The notes beneath the pieces were generated by a model. It was not told the DNA's origin, did no database searches, and was given only the letters and a program-made list of their open reading frames with translations. 64,000 nucleotides of DNA from an uncultured cyanobacterium (GTDB lineage: Bacteria > Cyanobacteriota > Cyanobacteriia > Cyanobacteriales > Nostocaceae), in the NCBI GenBank assembly GCA_963706595.1, contig OY970166.1, forward strand, positions 2,432,001 to 2,496,000, read 5' to 3'. The translations under genes and the position numbers were made by a program. Shown here piece by piece: positions 1-10,427 of this stretch (positions are counted from its first letter, which is position 1; each line of letters opens with the position of its first letter).

Positions 1-2
1 GT

Positions 3-374
3 AAGAATACTGGGCAAATTGCCGAAAATAATACTTTAGCTAGTCGCCTAATTACTTATCACATTTATCGAAAAGGACGCGCCCCCAACTATCGCCTAGA
101 TTGGAAGCTAACTTTGGCTGATTATTTAGACGCGAATGAAATTATGTATCATCAATCCTATCCTGGTAATGATACATTAAGGCAGAATCCGTTAGAAGGC
201 GATCGCGCTGCCATAGCCAAACTTAACCGCCAGCAGAGAAACGCCCTCGTGCAAGTTTTAGCCGATATCTTCAACCCCAAACCTGAGAACACCCAAACAC
301 CCAGGCGCGAAACAACACCCACACCCAGCAAACCCCAGTTACCCCAAACAGGCGGCGCTGAACTACTCAAATAA
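3..374 (+). CDS. Conserved cyanobacterial hypothetical protein, 5'-truncated by the window edge
   Basis: The frame of ORF 114..374 is open back to position 3 (KNTGQIAENNTLASRLITYHIYRKGRAPNYRLDWKLTLADY...). Confidence 0.7.
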   Translation, partial: KNTGQIAENNTLASRLITYHIYRKGRAPNYRLDWKLTLADYLDANEIMYHQSYPGNDTLRQNPLEGDRAAIAKLNRQQRNALVQVLADIFNPKPENTQTPRRETTPTPSKPQLPQTGGAELLK

Positions 375-436
375 AACACCTCTCTGCGCCCCTTTGCGCT
401 AACCTCCGCGCACCTTTGCGTTTCAAAACCCGACTC

Positions 437-802
437 ATGGAACAACTCATCAAAAGCGGACTAGGTTGGCGAATAGGCTGGAACCCCAACGCACCAGAAT
501 TCAAAGGATTAATAGGAACAGAAGATTGGGCAATAGAATTAACAGAAGCCGAGTTAAATGATTTTTGCAGACTCCTTGCACAGTTAGCAGACACCATGAA
601 ACAACTCGCAGCCGAATTAATGGCAGAAGAGAAAATTGCCTGTGAAGCCGAAAGCGACTTATTATGGCTAGAAGTAGAAGGCTATCCCCACGCCTACAGT
701 TTGCGCTTGATTCTGAATACAGGAAGAGGCGTAGAAGGCAAATGGGAAGCCACCGCAGTACCAGAATTACTACAAGCATCTGGGATGCTGAAAGTTTTTT
801 AA
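437..802 (+). CDS. DUF1818 family protein
   Basis: MEQLIKSGLGWRIGW...WAIELTEAELNDFCRL resembles this cyanobacterial family; ATG at 437. Confidence 0.7.
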   Translation: MEQLIKSGLGWRIGWNPNAPEFKGLIGTEDWAIELTEAELNDFCRLLAQLADTMKQLAAELMAEEKIACEAESDLLWLEVEGYPHAYSLRLILNTGRGVEGKWEATAVPELLQASGMLKVF

Positions 803-852
803 ATTAACCCCTTGATTATTTTAAAGCTTTGCATTACAATGGTAATTCTGAC

Positions 853-926
853 CGGGGCGTAGCGCAGCTTGGTAGCGCGCCACTTTGGGGTAGTGGAGGT
901 CGTGGGTTCGAATCCCGCCGCTCCGA
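853..926 (+). tRNA. tRNA-Pro (anticodon GGG)
   Basis: CGGGGCGTAGCGCAGCTTGGTAGCGCG...; anticodon arm CCACT-TTGGGGT-AGTGG; T-loop GGTTCGAATCC; no encoded CCA. Confidence 0.97.
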
Positions 927-941
927 TAGACAAAAGACCCT

Positions 942-978
942 GCCTGCTAGTCTTTAAATCAAAGATTAGCGGGCTTTT
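942..978 (+). terminator. Probable intrinsic terminator after tRNA-Pro
   Basis: Hairpin GCCTGCTAGTCTTT/AAAGATTAGCGGGC followed by TTTT. Confidence 0.6.
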
Positions 979-1092
979 CAATTTTTAAAATTATCTGATG
1001 CCCTAATTCACATTTTTGACATACGTTCCAATACTAAATTAGATATCTTGGGAAATATTTTCCAATCATAAGCATAAGCACGATCATCTCCA

Positions 1093-1270
1093 ATCTGACA
1101 CACCCTACAAAATCCTTAAATCCTGTAAATCCTGATGCAGACAAAAAATCATCAGCCGGTGCGTCAGATGTTGAAAATCTCTTCATGATTACCAAATCAT
1201 CGAATCTGACACACCCTACAAAATCTTTATCCTGTAAATCCTTAAATCCTGGATATCCTGATTCTGACAA
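1093..1270. repeat. Duplicated REP-like unit with AAATCCTG-type short repeats
   Basis: ATCTGACACACCCTACAAAATC occurs at about 1093 and 1204, each followed by AAATCCTG/ATCCTG iterations ending in GACAA. Confidence 0.7.
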
Positions 1271-1328
1271 TGGCTAGTTTATAATTGAGCCAAGTGTAAC
1301 TTTTCCATTTACCAAGGAGGAATCAGTC

Positions 1329-1544
1329 ATGAAGGGATGGGAAACTTTAGATGCAATAGAAAGACAACCTGATAAAGTAAGTGGAGCATGGGTATTTCGA
1401 GGAACAAGAGTTCCGGTGACTGCATTATTTGAAAATTTGCGCGATGGTGCAACAGTAGATGAATTTTTGGAGTGGTTTCCACCTGTGCAAAGATCACAAA
1501 TTGAAGCTGTACTTAATTATGAGCTTGAAGCATTAGCTGCTTAG
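1329..1544 (+). CDS. DUF433 family antitoxin-like protein
   Basis: SGAWVFRGTRVPV...GATVDEFLEWFP signature; AAGGAGG RBS upstream. Confidence 0.85.
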   Translation: MKGWETLDAIERQPDKVSGAWVFRGTRVPVTALFENLRDGATVDEFLEWFPPVQRSQIEAVLNYELEALAA

Positions 1545-1546
1545 AT

Positions 1547-1867
1547 ATGAAAATTCTTTTTGATCAGGGAACTCCAGTACCACTACGAAAATATTTAACA
1601 GATCATTCTGTAACAACAGCTTATGAAGAAGGATGGTCTAATTTATCAAATGGAGATTTATTAAAAGCTGCTGAAAATAAAGGATATCAAATACTTGTTA
1701 CAACGGATCAGAATTTGCGTTATCAACAGAATTTGAGCGAACGTCAAATTACAATTGTAGTTTTACTGTCAACTTCATGGCCAAAAATTAGGACACAAGT
1801 TGATAAAATTTGTTCTATTATTAATAACACTGAATTTTGTGATTATAAAGAAATCACTATCATCTAG
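1547..1867 (+). CDS. PIN-like toxin (DUF5615/VapC45 type), partner of DUF433
   Basis: MKILFDQGTP...ILVTTDQNLRYQQN; starts 2 nt after the DUF433 stop. Confidence 0.8.
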   Translation: MKILFDQGTPVPLRKYLTDHSVTTAYEEGWSNLSNGDLLKAAENKGYQILVTTDQNLRYQQNLSERQITIVVLLSTSWPKIRTQVDKICSIINNTEFCDYKEITII

Positions 1868-1887
1868 TTCAATTTATTAAGGACTCC

Positions 1888-2003
1888 GGCGACTAGAAGT
1901 CACAGCTACACAGACAAAACCCGCCTACGCGGGTTAAATTTTTTTGGTTTTTCTTAGTCCGCATAGGCGGACTTGGTTTGTATAGCCGCGATTTCTAATC
2001 GCC
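1888..2003. mobile_element. MITE-like dispersed repeat, family A
   Basis: Terminal inverted repeats GGCGACTAGAAGTC.../...GATTTCTAATCGCC with internal CCGCCTACGCGG hairpins; related copies at 34416-34557 and 62254-62370. Confidence 0.8.
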
Positions 2004-2062
2004 AGGGCTAGGTGCTACTTTTGATATTGCTAATTTTTCCATGTTATAGCATAAAGGAAACG

Positions 2063-3373
2063 ATGGATAAGAAAATTCTAATACTTGGTTCAAGTCAACA
2101 CTCATCTTTAGTTACTGCGTATGAATGGCATCAATTACCATTAGATTTAAATGTAGCTGGTTATGATATAGTTATTCTTAATTTTGTACCATTTATTGAT
2201 AAAACATATTCAGAAAAAATAGATTTAAGCTCCTTGCCGAAAATTTCACACTTTACAAGTCTTTTGTTCCATACTAAAAGTGAAATCCTAGTTATAGGAG
2301 ATCCTTCTACAAAGATTGGTAATTATACAAATTCTATGTCAATTGATTGGTGGCTACCAGTTGAATTTAAAATCAGCCCTAAATTCATCTCACATATTAA
2401 TATTGTGGATCATGATTTTGCTTATTATTTTCAACAAGTAAATACATCATTGTTTCAGCTAGATGGCACTTCAATCAAGCCAAATCTACAAGTTTATTTT
2501 AAAGTAACAAATGTAAATGTTGATGATTTTGAAGTAACAACATCTCCTATAGCTGAAACATCGGGTAAACAAGCAACAGGTTTTATATTAAAAATACAAG
2601 TTAAATATACTAACACTATTTATCATAAGGGAATACAAAAATCTAAAGAATCTGGAGAAATTATCTGGTTGCCTCCAACTACAAAGATATCAAATCATGA
2701 TGCTATAAATCTAATTTTATCTGAACGTTATGGTTTAAAAATAGAAGAAGTATTACCAATTTGGATAGAAAACTATAAACTTCCCAATCAAATCATTATT
2801 GAAGAAATAATATGCAATTATATTAATGAAATTAATAATTTAAAATCTAAATTGACCATAGAACAACAAAAATTAAAAGTTGAAAAACGCTATCATAAAC
2901 TCCTCTATGAACAAGGTGTAGATGGATTAGAACCTATTGTACGTGAGGTATTAAGAGAATTAGGTGCTACAGTAAATGACCCTATTAAGGGAGAAAATAG
3001 AGAAGATGGATTACTTGAAGACCCTACAGGTAGAGAAGCAATATTAGAAATTAAAGGTAGAACTAAATCTTTATCACTACAAGATGTACGCCAGCTAGAC
3101 CAATGGGTAAGAGATGCACTTTTTAGTGATAATCCAAAAGATAGAAAAGGTATAATTATCGCTAATATGTATTGTAATGTTTCCCTTGAACAGCGCAAAG
3201 AACCATTTCCAGCTAATTGTATTGACATGGCTAAACAAAACAAATATTGCTTATTGACTACAAGACAGCTTTATTATGCAATTTGTTTAAAGCAACAAAA
3301 TGAATTTCAAGAAACAGAATTTTGGGATACAATATTTAACACTGATGGTGTTTGTTCATTACCTGAGATTTAA
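2063..3373 (+). CDS. AT-rich protein with coiled coil and C-terminal PD-(D/E)XK nuclease-like domain
   Basis: ATG 2063 preceded by AAGGA; C-terminal LE...REDGLL...ILEIKG...DVRQLDQW resembles a Mrr-like motif. Confidence 0.6.
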   Translation: MDKKILILGSSQHSSLVTAYEWHQLPLDLNVAGYDIVILNFVPFIDKTYSEKIDLSSLPKISHFTSLLFHTKSEILVIGDPSTKIGNYTNSMSIDWWLPVEFKISPKFISHINIVDHDFAYYFQQVNTSLFQLDGTSIKPNLQVYFKVTNVNVDDFEVTTSPIAETSGKQATGFILKIQVKYTNTIYHKGIQKSKESGEIIWLPPTTKISNHDAINLILSERYGLKIEEVLPIWIENYKLPNQIIIEEIICNYINEINNLKSKLTIEQQKLKVEKRYHKLLYEQGVDGLEPIVREVLRELGATVNDPIKGENREDGLLEDPTGREAILEIKGRTKSLSLQDVRQLDQWVRDALFSDNPKDRKGIIIANMYCNVSLEQRKEPFPANCIDMAKQNKYCLLTTRQLYYAICLKQQNEFQETEFWDTIFNTDGVCSLPEI

Positions 3374-3481
3374 GTTTAATCAAATCTTCTTCTTTGCGTC
3401 TTTGCGCCTTTGCGTGAAACCAATCCATATCTTAATTCAGCAACGCCGAAATAATAAATTACAGATGTAGACGCAAAGTCA

Positions 3482-4522
3482 CTACTCTATACTCAAAATA
3501 TCTCTGTGCATTAAAGCGCGATCTACTAAAGATTGAATTTGGTCAGATGATAGCGGATCACCATTGGCATAATGTTCTATCCAAGTTTTACTAATTAGAT
3601 TGGGGTCATCTGGTAAACTGGCTAAATCCCACCCAGGCATTTGTAAATCTTCCATGAGCCGATTTACTTTGGGGTCATAACTGAGGGCGAAACAGCGACA
3701 ACCTTCAGCCGCAGCCATGATTAAGCTGTGCAGACGCATCCCAATTGCCATTTCTACACCTTTATAGACACCTTTTAATAATTGCGGGTCTTCTAAAAGC
3801 AGAATTTTACTGACATCTTTTAATTGGGGTTGAATCGCTTCGGCGATCGCTAAATCTTCACTCTTCTGAAATGGCAACAGCAAAATAAAGGCTTGGGTCG
3901 CTTTCTGGAAGTCTACTAAAGCACGAGTCAGGTTAGCTAAACGTTTTTCAGTCAGTTGGGGATGATTCCTCAGAGTCACAGCAACTCTCGGCGCTGGTAA
4001 ATCCCAAAGTCCTGGGACTGGCTTACTTTCTAACGCCCAAACTGGGTCAGGCGCAAGTAAACAAGGAATTTTCCAATCATTCAATAAAGCAGCGCTAGAG
4101 CGATCGCGCACACTAACTCTGCTACAATATCCGAAGGAGTGTTGTGCCAATAGGCGAGTTTGAGGACGAACTAAGGGACCGATACCTTGCGCCCAAGCTA
4201 CAGTTTTCAAACCCATTTTCTGAGCCAATATCATCAGCCCCCCATAATAAAATGGACTAATGGTACTGGTGACATCTTGAATTAAACTTCCTCCGCCCCA
4301 AATGAAAGTATCGCAAGAACGCAGAGCTTGGATTACAGGTAAAATCTTCATGCGGTTGTGAGATTCCACACCATAGCGATCGCGCGTTTGTTCTGGATTC
4401 CCAGAAAGCACCACAGGGGTCACATCAGGTGGTAACATTTGCAAAAGCGTCGCCAATAAAGCCTCGTCACCACCATTACCTTTACCGTAATACCCAGACA
4501 ATAACGCCCGCATCTTTGCCAT
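3482..4522 (-). CDS. csaB: Polysaccharide pyruvyl transferase CsaB
   Basis: GYYGKGNGGDEALL, WGGGSLIQD, SVRD and GMRLHSLI motifs. Confidence 0.9.
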   Translation of the reverse strand: MAKMRALLSGYYGKGNGGDEALLATLLQMLPPDVTPVVLSGNPEQTRDRYGVESHNRMKILPVIQALRSCDTFIWGGGSLIQDVTSTISPFYYGGLMILAQKMGLKTVAWAQGIGPLVRPQTRLLAQHSFGYCSRVSVRDRSSAALLNDWKIPCLLAPDPVWALESKPVPGLWDLPAPRVAVTLRNHPQLTEKRLANLTRALVDFQKATQAFILLLPFQKSEDLAIAEAIQPQLKDVSKILLLEDPQLLKGVYKGVEMAIGMRLHSLIMAAAEGCRCFALSYDPKVNRLMEDLQMPGWDLASLPDDPNLISKTWIEHYANGDPLSSDQIQSLVDRALMHRDILSIE

Positions 4523-4563
4523 GTTAAATTGATAATTTTAAATTACTGAATTTTTATTTACTT

Positions 4564-4911
4564 ATGCACGCTCTTTCTATTCCCACCTGGATTATTCACG
4601 TTTCTAGCGTTATTGAGTGGATTGTCGCCATTTGGTTAATCTGGACTTACGGCGAACTCACTGGTAATCGCACATGGTGGGGATTATCTCTAGCCATGTT
4701 ACCAGCTTTAGTGAGTGCGATGTGTGCCTGTACTTGGCATTATTTCGACAATCCTGCATCTTTAGAATGGTTGGTAACGCTGCAAGCTGCAATGACATTA
4801 ATTGGTAATTTTACACTTTGGGCAGCTGCGGTATTGATTTGGCGTTCCACAAAACCAGAAGATATTACAACCAAGACAGTTACAGCCCAACCGATGGAAT
4901 CAAAATCATGA
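4564..4911 (+). CDS. DUF2499 (Ycf49-like) membrane protein
   Basis: MHALSIPTWIIHVSSVIEW...CACTWH signature. Confidence 0.8.
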   Translation: MHALSIPTWIIHVSSVIEWIVAIWLIWTYGELTGNRTWWGLSLAMLPALVSAMCACTWHYFDNPASLEWLVTLQAAMTLIGNFTLWAAAVLIWRSTKPEDITTKTVTAQPMESKS

Positions 4912-5201
4912 TCTCGAAAGAAACCCTATTTGTGCTTTCTTTATTTCCCTATTTGGGTTTCTTGTGGTTTATTCGCCGTAGTCCCCAAATGCCACGTTTA
5001 GCCCTATATGGATTTTACGGCACGCTGGTATTTGTTGCCATTACCATCCCGGCGGCAATTTACGCGCAATTGCATTATGGTGTTTCTTTGGCTGATGTAG
5101 ATTGGTTACACGGAGGCGCAGAAATATTTTTAACCTTTGCTAACATTCTGCTGGTGGTGGGTTTCGCCCAAGCCATTAGGGAGTTAAAAATGAAAAATTA
5201 A
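4908..5201 (+). CDS. DUF3593 membrane protein
   Basis: LFVLSLFPYLGFL...LADVDWLHGGAE; ATGA overlap with the upstream gene. Confidence 0.8.
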   Translation: MISKETLFVLSLFPYLGFLWFIRRSPQMPRLALYGFYGTLVFVAITIPAAIYAQLHYGVSLADVDWLHGGAEIFLTFANILLVVGFAQAIRELKMKN

Positions 5202-5293
5202 ACGCAGATGAACGCCGATAAACGCGGATAAATTTAGATGTTTAATTATTTGAGTTGACTTTTTTGGTTTTTTGTAGTAATGGGAATAAATAA

Positions 5294-6064
5294 ATGGATG
5301 TGATTCCAGCTATTGATTTATTAGAAGGTCGCTGTGTCAGACTATATCAGGGAGACTACGAGCGATCGCAAGTTTTTAGTGAAAACCCAGTAGAAATTGC
5401 TAAACAATGGGTTGACCAAGGTGCGACCAGATTACATTTAGTTGATTTAGATGGTGCAAAAGCCGGTAAAGTAGTAAATTTAAAGGCAATTGAAGCGATC
5501 GCTCAAGCGATATCTATACCCATTGAAATTGGTGGAGGATTGCGCGATCGCATCAGCGTACAACAAGTGTTTAATTTAGGAGTACAGTGGGCAATTCTGG
5601 GGACTGTAGCCGTAGAACAACCCCAATTAGTCCAAGAACTCTGTCAAGAATTTCCCGAAAAGATTATCATAGGGATAGATGCGCGTAACGGATTAGTCGC
5701 AACTCGTGGTTGGTTAGAAACCTCCGAAGTTTTAGCAACCCAACTAGCCGTACAAATGCAAGAATTAGGTGCAGCAGCCATCATCTACACAGATATTCAC
5801 CGTGACGGTACACTCATCGGTCCCAACCTAGAAGCCTTAAGAGAACTTGCGAGTGCAATATCCATTCCCATTATTGCCTCCGGGGGAGTCAGTTCTGTCA
5901 CCGATTTATTGAGTCTATTAGGCTTAGAAATGCAAGGCGTAAAAGGCGTAATAGTCGGTAAAGCCTTATATACTGGCGATATTTCCCTCAGAGAAGCACT
6001 CCGCGCCATCGGTCCCGGACGCATTCAAGATATTCCTCCCAATTTAGACTCCAGTTTTGCTTAA
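5294..6064 (+). CDS. hisA: ProFAR isomerase HisA
   Basis: [37 protein letters not shown] and IIASGGV motifs. Confidence 0.97.
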   Translation: MDVIPAIDLLEGRCVRLYQGDYERSQVFSENPVEIAKQWVDQGATRLHLVDLDGAKAGKVVNLKAIEAIAQAISIPIEIGGGLRDRISVQQVFNLGVQWAILGTVAVEQPQLVQELCQEFPEKIIIGIDARNGLVATRGWLETSEVLATQLAVQMQELGAAAIIYTDIHRDGTLIGPNLEALRELASAISIPIIASGGVSSVTDLLSLLGLEMQGVKGVIVGKALYTGDISLREALRAIGPGRIQDIPPNLDSSFA

Positions 6065-6074
6065 GGCGCTTCTA

Positions 6075-6186
6075 GCCGTTGCTGAATCAAAGTATGAAAT
6101 ACCAAAATAACCTTTCTTCTTCTTCGTACCTTTGCGCCTTTGCGCCTTTGCGTGAAACAAAATCCATATCTTAATTCAGCAACGCC
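6075..6186. repeat. MITE-like repeat containing CTTTGCGC tandem units
   Basis: Inverted ends GCCGTTGCTGAAT...ATTCAGCAACGCC; the right half recurs almost identically at about 3390-3447. Confidence 0.7.
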
Positions 6187-6308
6187 CGCTTCCACAAAAA
6201 AACGCCATAAAAGCCCTCCGTTCCGCATTTCTCTGCGTCCTCCCTCCGGGTTCGCCAAGTTCTCACTGCGTCTCTGTGGTTCGTTCCTCTTCATTGGATA
6301 ATACAGCC

Positions 6309-6872
6309 GTGACAGTAACATCAACCAACATTCCCCAATCGGTTTTTCGTCTGTCTCCGTTAATTCGGATCACACTACTGAGTCTATATATAGCACTCAC
6401 AGTCCCATTACCATTTTTAGCCCAAGCAACAGACGCACCAGTACCGCCGAAATTCTTGTGGATAGGAATTAGTATAGGCTTTATCGGCTTATATGCAGTC
6501 TTAACCGAGCGAGTCATAGTCGATGACCAAAGCATTCAAGTTACATACCCGGTCTGGGTTCCCCGCTTTTTTCGCAAAGGTTGGACATTACCTTGGTTAG
6601 ATGTCAAAGAATTAAAACCCCGTTCCACAGGTCAAGGTGGACTGGTGTATTATTTTCTCAGTCAAGATGGCAAAGCGTATTTATTACCAATGCGTGTAGC
6701 CGGATTTTCCCGGTTAGTAAAAATAGTCGAAACAAAAACAGGCATAAATACCACAGATGTACGTCCCTTAGCACAACCGTGGATGTACTTAATTTTGTTA
6801 GGATTCACCCTGCTGCTGTTATTAATAGATGCTTGGACTATCATCACAGCATTAGGGATTTCTCAAACGTAA
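6309..6872 (+). CDS. Conserved cyanobacterial membrane protein
   Basis: FRLSPLIRITLLSLYIALTVPLPFL...TGQGGLVYY; three hydrophobic segments; probable GTG start at 6309. Confidence 0.7.
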   Translation: MTVTSTNIPQSVFRLSPLIRITLLSLYIALTVPLPFLAQATDAPVPPKFLWIGISIGFIGLYAVLTERVIVDDQSIQVTYPVWVPRFFRKGWTLPWLDVKELKPRSTGQGGLVYYFLSQDGKAYLLPMRVAGFSRLVKIVETKTGINTTDVRPLAQPWMYLILLGFTLLLLLIDAWTIITALGISQT

Positions 6873-6940
6873 ATCAAATATAGCCTTTCCTTCTTTCCTT
6901 CTTTCCTTTGTGTACTTTGCGTCCTTTGCGGTTCGTTCCT

Positions 6941-7712
6941 TTGGAGAATCAAACTAAAACAGCCCAACTAAGACTAGAACAAATTAACTTATCAGCCAAG
7001 CTGAAAGCCCAGCTTCAGGGATACCCCATATTACAGGATATCTCCTTCGAGGTATTTCCAGGCGATCGCATTGTCATAGTCGGACACCTCCGGTGCTGGT
7101 AAAACCTCATTACTGCGCCTAATTAACCGCCTCACTGAACCCACCAGAGGCAAAATTTATCTAGAGAATCAGGACTATAGCCAAATCCCGACTCTACAGC
7201 TACGCCAGGAGATAACACTGGTATTACAAGAATCCAAACTGTTAGGGATGACAGTCCAGCAAGCTTTAGCTTATCCTTTAGTTTTGCGTGGTGTACCTCA
7301 ACAGACAATTCAACAAAGAATTGCTGACTCGATAGAACAACTGCAAATTCCTAGTGAATGGTTGGGAAGGACAGAATTACAACTTTCTGTAGGACAACGA
7401 CAATTAGTAGCGATCGCGCGGGCTTTAATTATCCAACCAAAAGTTTTATTATTAGATGAGCCAACATCTGCCTTAGATGCTGGAACATCTGCCAATGTTA
7501 TGCAAGTCTTAACTCAGCTAACTCAAACTCATCAAATCACAATTTTGATGGTAAATAACCAGCTTGAATTAGCCCAGGTATTCTGCACCCGGTTATTATA
7601 TTTACAACAAGGTCAATTACTCACAAATCAAGCCGCCTCTGAAATTAATTGGACTAACTTACGAGAACGCTTGATACAAGCCCAAACCCAAGCCGCCGAA
7701 GAATGGATTTAG
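6941..7712 (+). pseudogene. ABC transporter ATP-binding protein with a 1-nt insertion in Walker A (pseudogene or assembly error)
   Basis: GGA-CACC-TCC-GGT-GCT-GGT-AAA-ACC at 7082-7106 reads GPSGAGKT if one base is removed; the downstream frame has LSVGQRQ and LLLDEPT. Confidence 0.8.
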
Positions 7713-7792
7713 TCAAATTAAAAATTAAGATTCAAACAGAAGAATCCACCTGGGGAATTTTGCACTTTGAATTTTAATTCATTTTACTCCTA

Positions 7793-8563
7793 TTAAGACC
7801 TTTGAGTACTAACCGTAGAGCGTTGAGGACTGATTCTTTCTTGAGTTAACTTGGCTGGTGACTGCGGAACATTGGGTTTTAGACTTTCCATGTTAAATCT
7901 ATATCCCACATTCCGGATAGTTTGAATCAAACTGGGTTGACGAGGGTCAAGTTCAACTTTTTTTCGTAGTGATAAAACATGAGTATCAATAGTGCGGGGA
8001 TTATCAATCGCATCAGGCCAAGCACGACGCAGTAATTCCGACCGACTCAGAGGCACTCCGCCAGCCTGTGCCAAAACGTACAGTAAACTGAACTCTTGCG
8101 GCGTTAAATCAATAAACTCACCTTGGAATCGAACTCGGCGCTGGACTAAATCAATTTGCAAACTGCCATAATCCAAATAAGCTGGTGCAGTAGGCGTGCG
8201 TCTGCGGCGAATTAGTGCTTCTACCCTAGCGAGAAACTCTTGCATTCCAAAAGGTTTGCTTAAATAGTCATCAGCACCCGCCTTTAAACCTGCGACAATA
8301 TCAGCCTCATTACTACGAGCTGATAACATCAAAATTAAAGGCTGTTGCTGACGATGCAACCAACGACAAAACTCAATCCCATCACCATCAGGCAAATCGG
8401 CATCAAGAATTACCAGTGTTGGTTGTTGACTCAAAAACACTTCCCTTGCTTGATAAATGCTGGCGGCTTGATGCACACGGTATTCCAACTGCTGCAAGTG
8501 CCATCCCAGCAACGACCTTAGATGGGGATTTCCCTCAACGATTTCAATACAAACCGAACCCAC
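7793..8563 (-). CDS. nrrA: OmpR-family nitrogen-regulated response regulator NrrA
   Basis: Receiver plus winged-helix domains; N-terminus MGSVCIEIVEGNPHLRSLLGWHLQQ as I recall for Anabaena All4312; NtcA promoter upstream. Confidence 0.85.
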   Translation of the reverse strand: MGSVCIEIVEGNPHLRSLLGWHLQQLEYRVHQAASIYQAREVFLSQQPTLVILDADLPDGDGIEFCRWLHRQQQPLILMLSARSNEADIVAGLKAGADDYLSKPFGMQEFLARVEALIRRRRTPTAPAYLDYGSLQIDLVQRRVRFQGEFIDLTPQEFSLLYVLAQAGGVPLSRSELLRRAWPDAIDNPRTIDTHVLSLRKKVELDPRQPSLIQTIRNVGYRFNMESLKPNVPQSPAKLTQERISPQRSTVSTQRS

Positions 8564-8595
8564 AGTGGCAAAACCCCTTAGCGTCGATGAATTTT

Positions 8596-8637
8596 AAAGT
8601 AACAAGCCCATGCTCAAGGTTTTGTAGCCATTGTTAC
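8596..8637 (-). promoter_or_regulatory. NtcA-activated promoter of nrrA
   Basis: Minus strand GTAACAATGGCTAC (GTA-N8-TAC, 8637-8624), then 22 nt, then TACTTT (-10 box TAN3T). Confidence 0.9.
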
Positions 8638-9121
8638 TTCCATTGCGATTAGCTATACATTACCTCATCGTAAAAGCAACAAAATCCTGCACTGATGCCT
8701 TGCCCAAAGCTGAATTAGTAATATTCTTTAATATATTCTTAAATTTTTGTTAGACTTATAAAAAAGTCTTTTTGGTTCAACATCCTCCCTCAGAGGGGTG
8801 TAGCTAACCAATAAACTATCACTAGTCAGGGTAAGCTTTACTTCAGCTTTATTGTGCCATCGGATTAAATTTGGGAAAAATTTATGACCGTATCCGCCAA
8901 TAAATTCGCGCAGTTTACACAAAGAATCATAAAAATATCTGGCCAAACGAACATATTCCAGATTTTATGGAATAGGATAGAATCACGTTGTACCTTCAGG
9001 AGGATCTAGCCTACGGTAGATTTCTTGTCCTTGAGTTGAAGCGAAGAAAGTGAAAATAACACTTCACATTTCGGCGTGAATCGTTTACAATTCTCATTCT
9101 AAAGAGATTAATATAGCAGTT

Positions 9122-9376
9122 ATGCTCCAAGACACACAAACCATCCGCTATTACCAACGAATTACTGATGCCTTCATCGAGTTATGGAATCGCGGTTATC
9201 GGACGGACGATATGCGGATGTATTTGGATGGGTATTTAGCCGCACTGCGACAAAGCAACGCTATTGAGCCTATACTGATTCATCGCTTAGAAGAGGAAGC
9301 TAGCCGCTACCTCTACGATTCATCAAATTTTGTTATGACTCAAACTCAAACGCAGGCGCAACTTGATTACTATTAA
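9122..9376 (+). CDS. Small conserved cyanobacterial protein (DUF6761-like)
   Basis: MLQDTQTIRYYQR...YLDGYLAALR; divergent from nrrA. Confidence 0.7.
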   Translation: MLQDTQTIRYYQRITDAFIELWNRGYRTDDMRMYLDGYLAALRQSNAIEPILIHRLEEEASRYLYDSSNFVMTQTQTQAQLDYY

Positions 9377-9557
9377 TGCCTTTTACTCGGTCATTTATTT
9401 ACAGTAACCATTAGACCAACGCTGATGATTATAGCATATCATTTGCCCCGGTCAAGGGTTTAGTGGTGTGAAATTTTGGAGATATATTATTTATAAAAGT
9501 ATCCCCTCTGCCCGGTTTTGGTTTTGCCAACTCGGAGGAGGGGATTTTTTCAGGAGA

Positions 9558-9881
9558 TTAGGAAGCTAGTGCTACTTCTACTAATTGCTGCAATTCGCCT
9601 TTTTGGTAAAGTTCAATCAGGATATCTGAACCACCGACGAATTGACCGTCAATATACACTTGGGGAATTGTCGGCCAGTTGGAATATTCTTTAATGCCCT
9701 GACGAATATCAGAGTCGGAGAGAACGTCAACTGTTTCAAAAGGAACTGCTAAGGTGTTGAGAATCTGCACAACATTGTTGGAGAAACCACACTGAGGCAT
9801 CAGTTTGTTTCCCTTCATGAAAACCATGATTTTGTTTTGTTGTAACAAATTATCAATTTTTTCTTTGGTTTCTGGAGTCAT
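9558..9881 (-). CDS. grxD: Monothiol glutaredoxin (Grx4 family)
   Basis: PQCGFS active site; WPTIPQVYI. Confidence 0.95.
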   Translation of the reverse strand: MTPETKEKIDNLLQQNKIMVFMKGNKLMPQCGFSNNVVQILNTLAVPFETVDVLSDSDIRQGIKEYSNWPTIPQVYIDGQFVGGSDILIELYQKGELQQLVEVALAS

Positions 9882-9960
9882 GGACTTTTTGTTTCCTATG
9901 TTGCTAATAGCCGAAATGTCAATAGTCAGTTTTTCAGTTAAACTTGAGACTTATTGATTT

Positions 9961-10218
9961 TTAAGAAGCTGCTGTTGCTTGCCAAGCTTCGGGGGTATAC
10001 GTTTTGACAGCCAAGGCATGAATCGCTTCAGTTGACATAGCTTGCCGCAAAGCACCATAAACTAACTGGTGTTGTTGTACCAGTCCCTTATCGGCAAACT
10101 GCGATGAAACTACTGTCACTTGATAGTGGTCTCCGCCACCAGTCAAGTCTTGCACCTGAATTTGGGCATCTGGGAGTTCCGCCTTGATCATTTCCTCAAC
10201 CTGCTGCGGATTAATCAT
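9961..10218 (-). CDS. bolA: BolA family protein
   Basis: GGGDHY...QHQLVY...IHAL; adjacent to Grx4. Confidence 0.9.
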   Translation of the reverse strand: MINPQQVEEMIKAELPDAQIQVQDLTGGGDHYQVTVVSSQFADKGLVQQHQLVYGALRQAMSTEAIHALAVKTYTPEAWQATAAS

Positions 10219-10427
10219 CGCAATTCCTGAAAAAACTTACTTTTCTATTATTAACAGATAACAGATAGTTGCTATGCAACGTATGCCTGGACAAAACCCT
10301 TGTTAACTTCAGGTTTTGGACAAGCGCACGCTAAACGCGCTATGAGTCGCATAGTTGGCTAAAACTAACCTTTGCTAGCTAATTCCATCTTAGCATTTGG
10401 GCTTTCCAGCCAGATGTGCAGAATTGA

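Noticed and set aside
799..981. 60-aa ORF
   Set aside because: It is the antisense shadow of the tRNA.
1034..1270. 78-aa minus-strand ORF, and similar ORFs at 6061-6324, 16423-16611 and 39355-39712
   Set aside because: They are translations of repeat or MITE sequence.
853..3480. Prophage or integrative element at tRNA-Pro
   Set aside because: No integrase or phage genes, and I found no duplicated tRNA 3' end in the window.
8728..8946. 72-aa ORF in the nrrA upstream region, plus the many antisense ORFs inside core genes
   Set aside because: No recognisable motifs; they overlap regulatory DNA or well-supported genes on the other strand.
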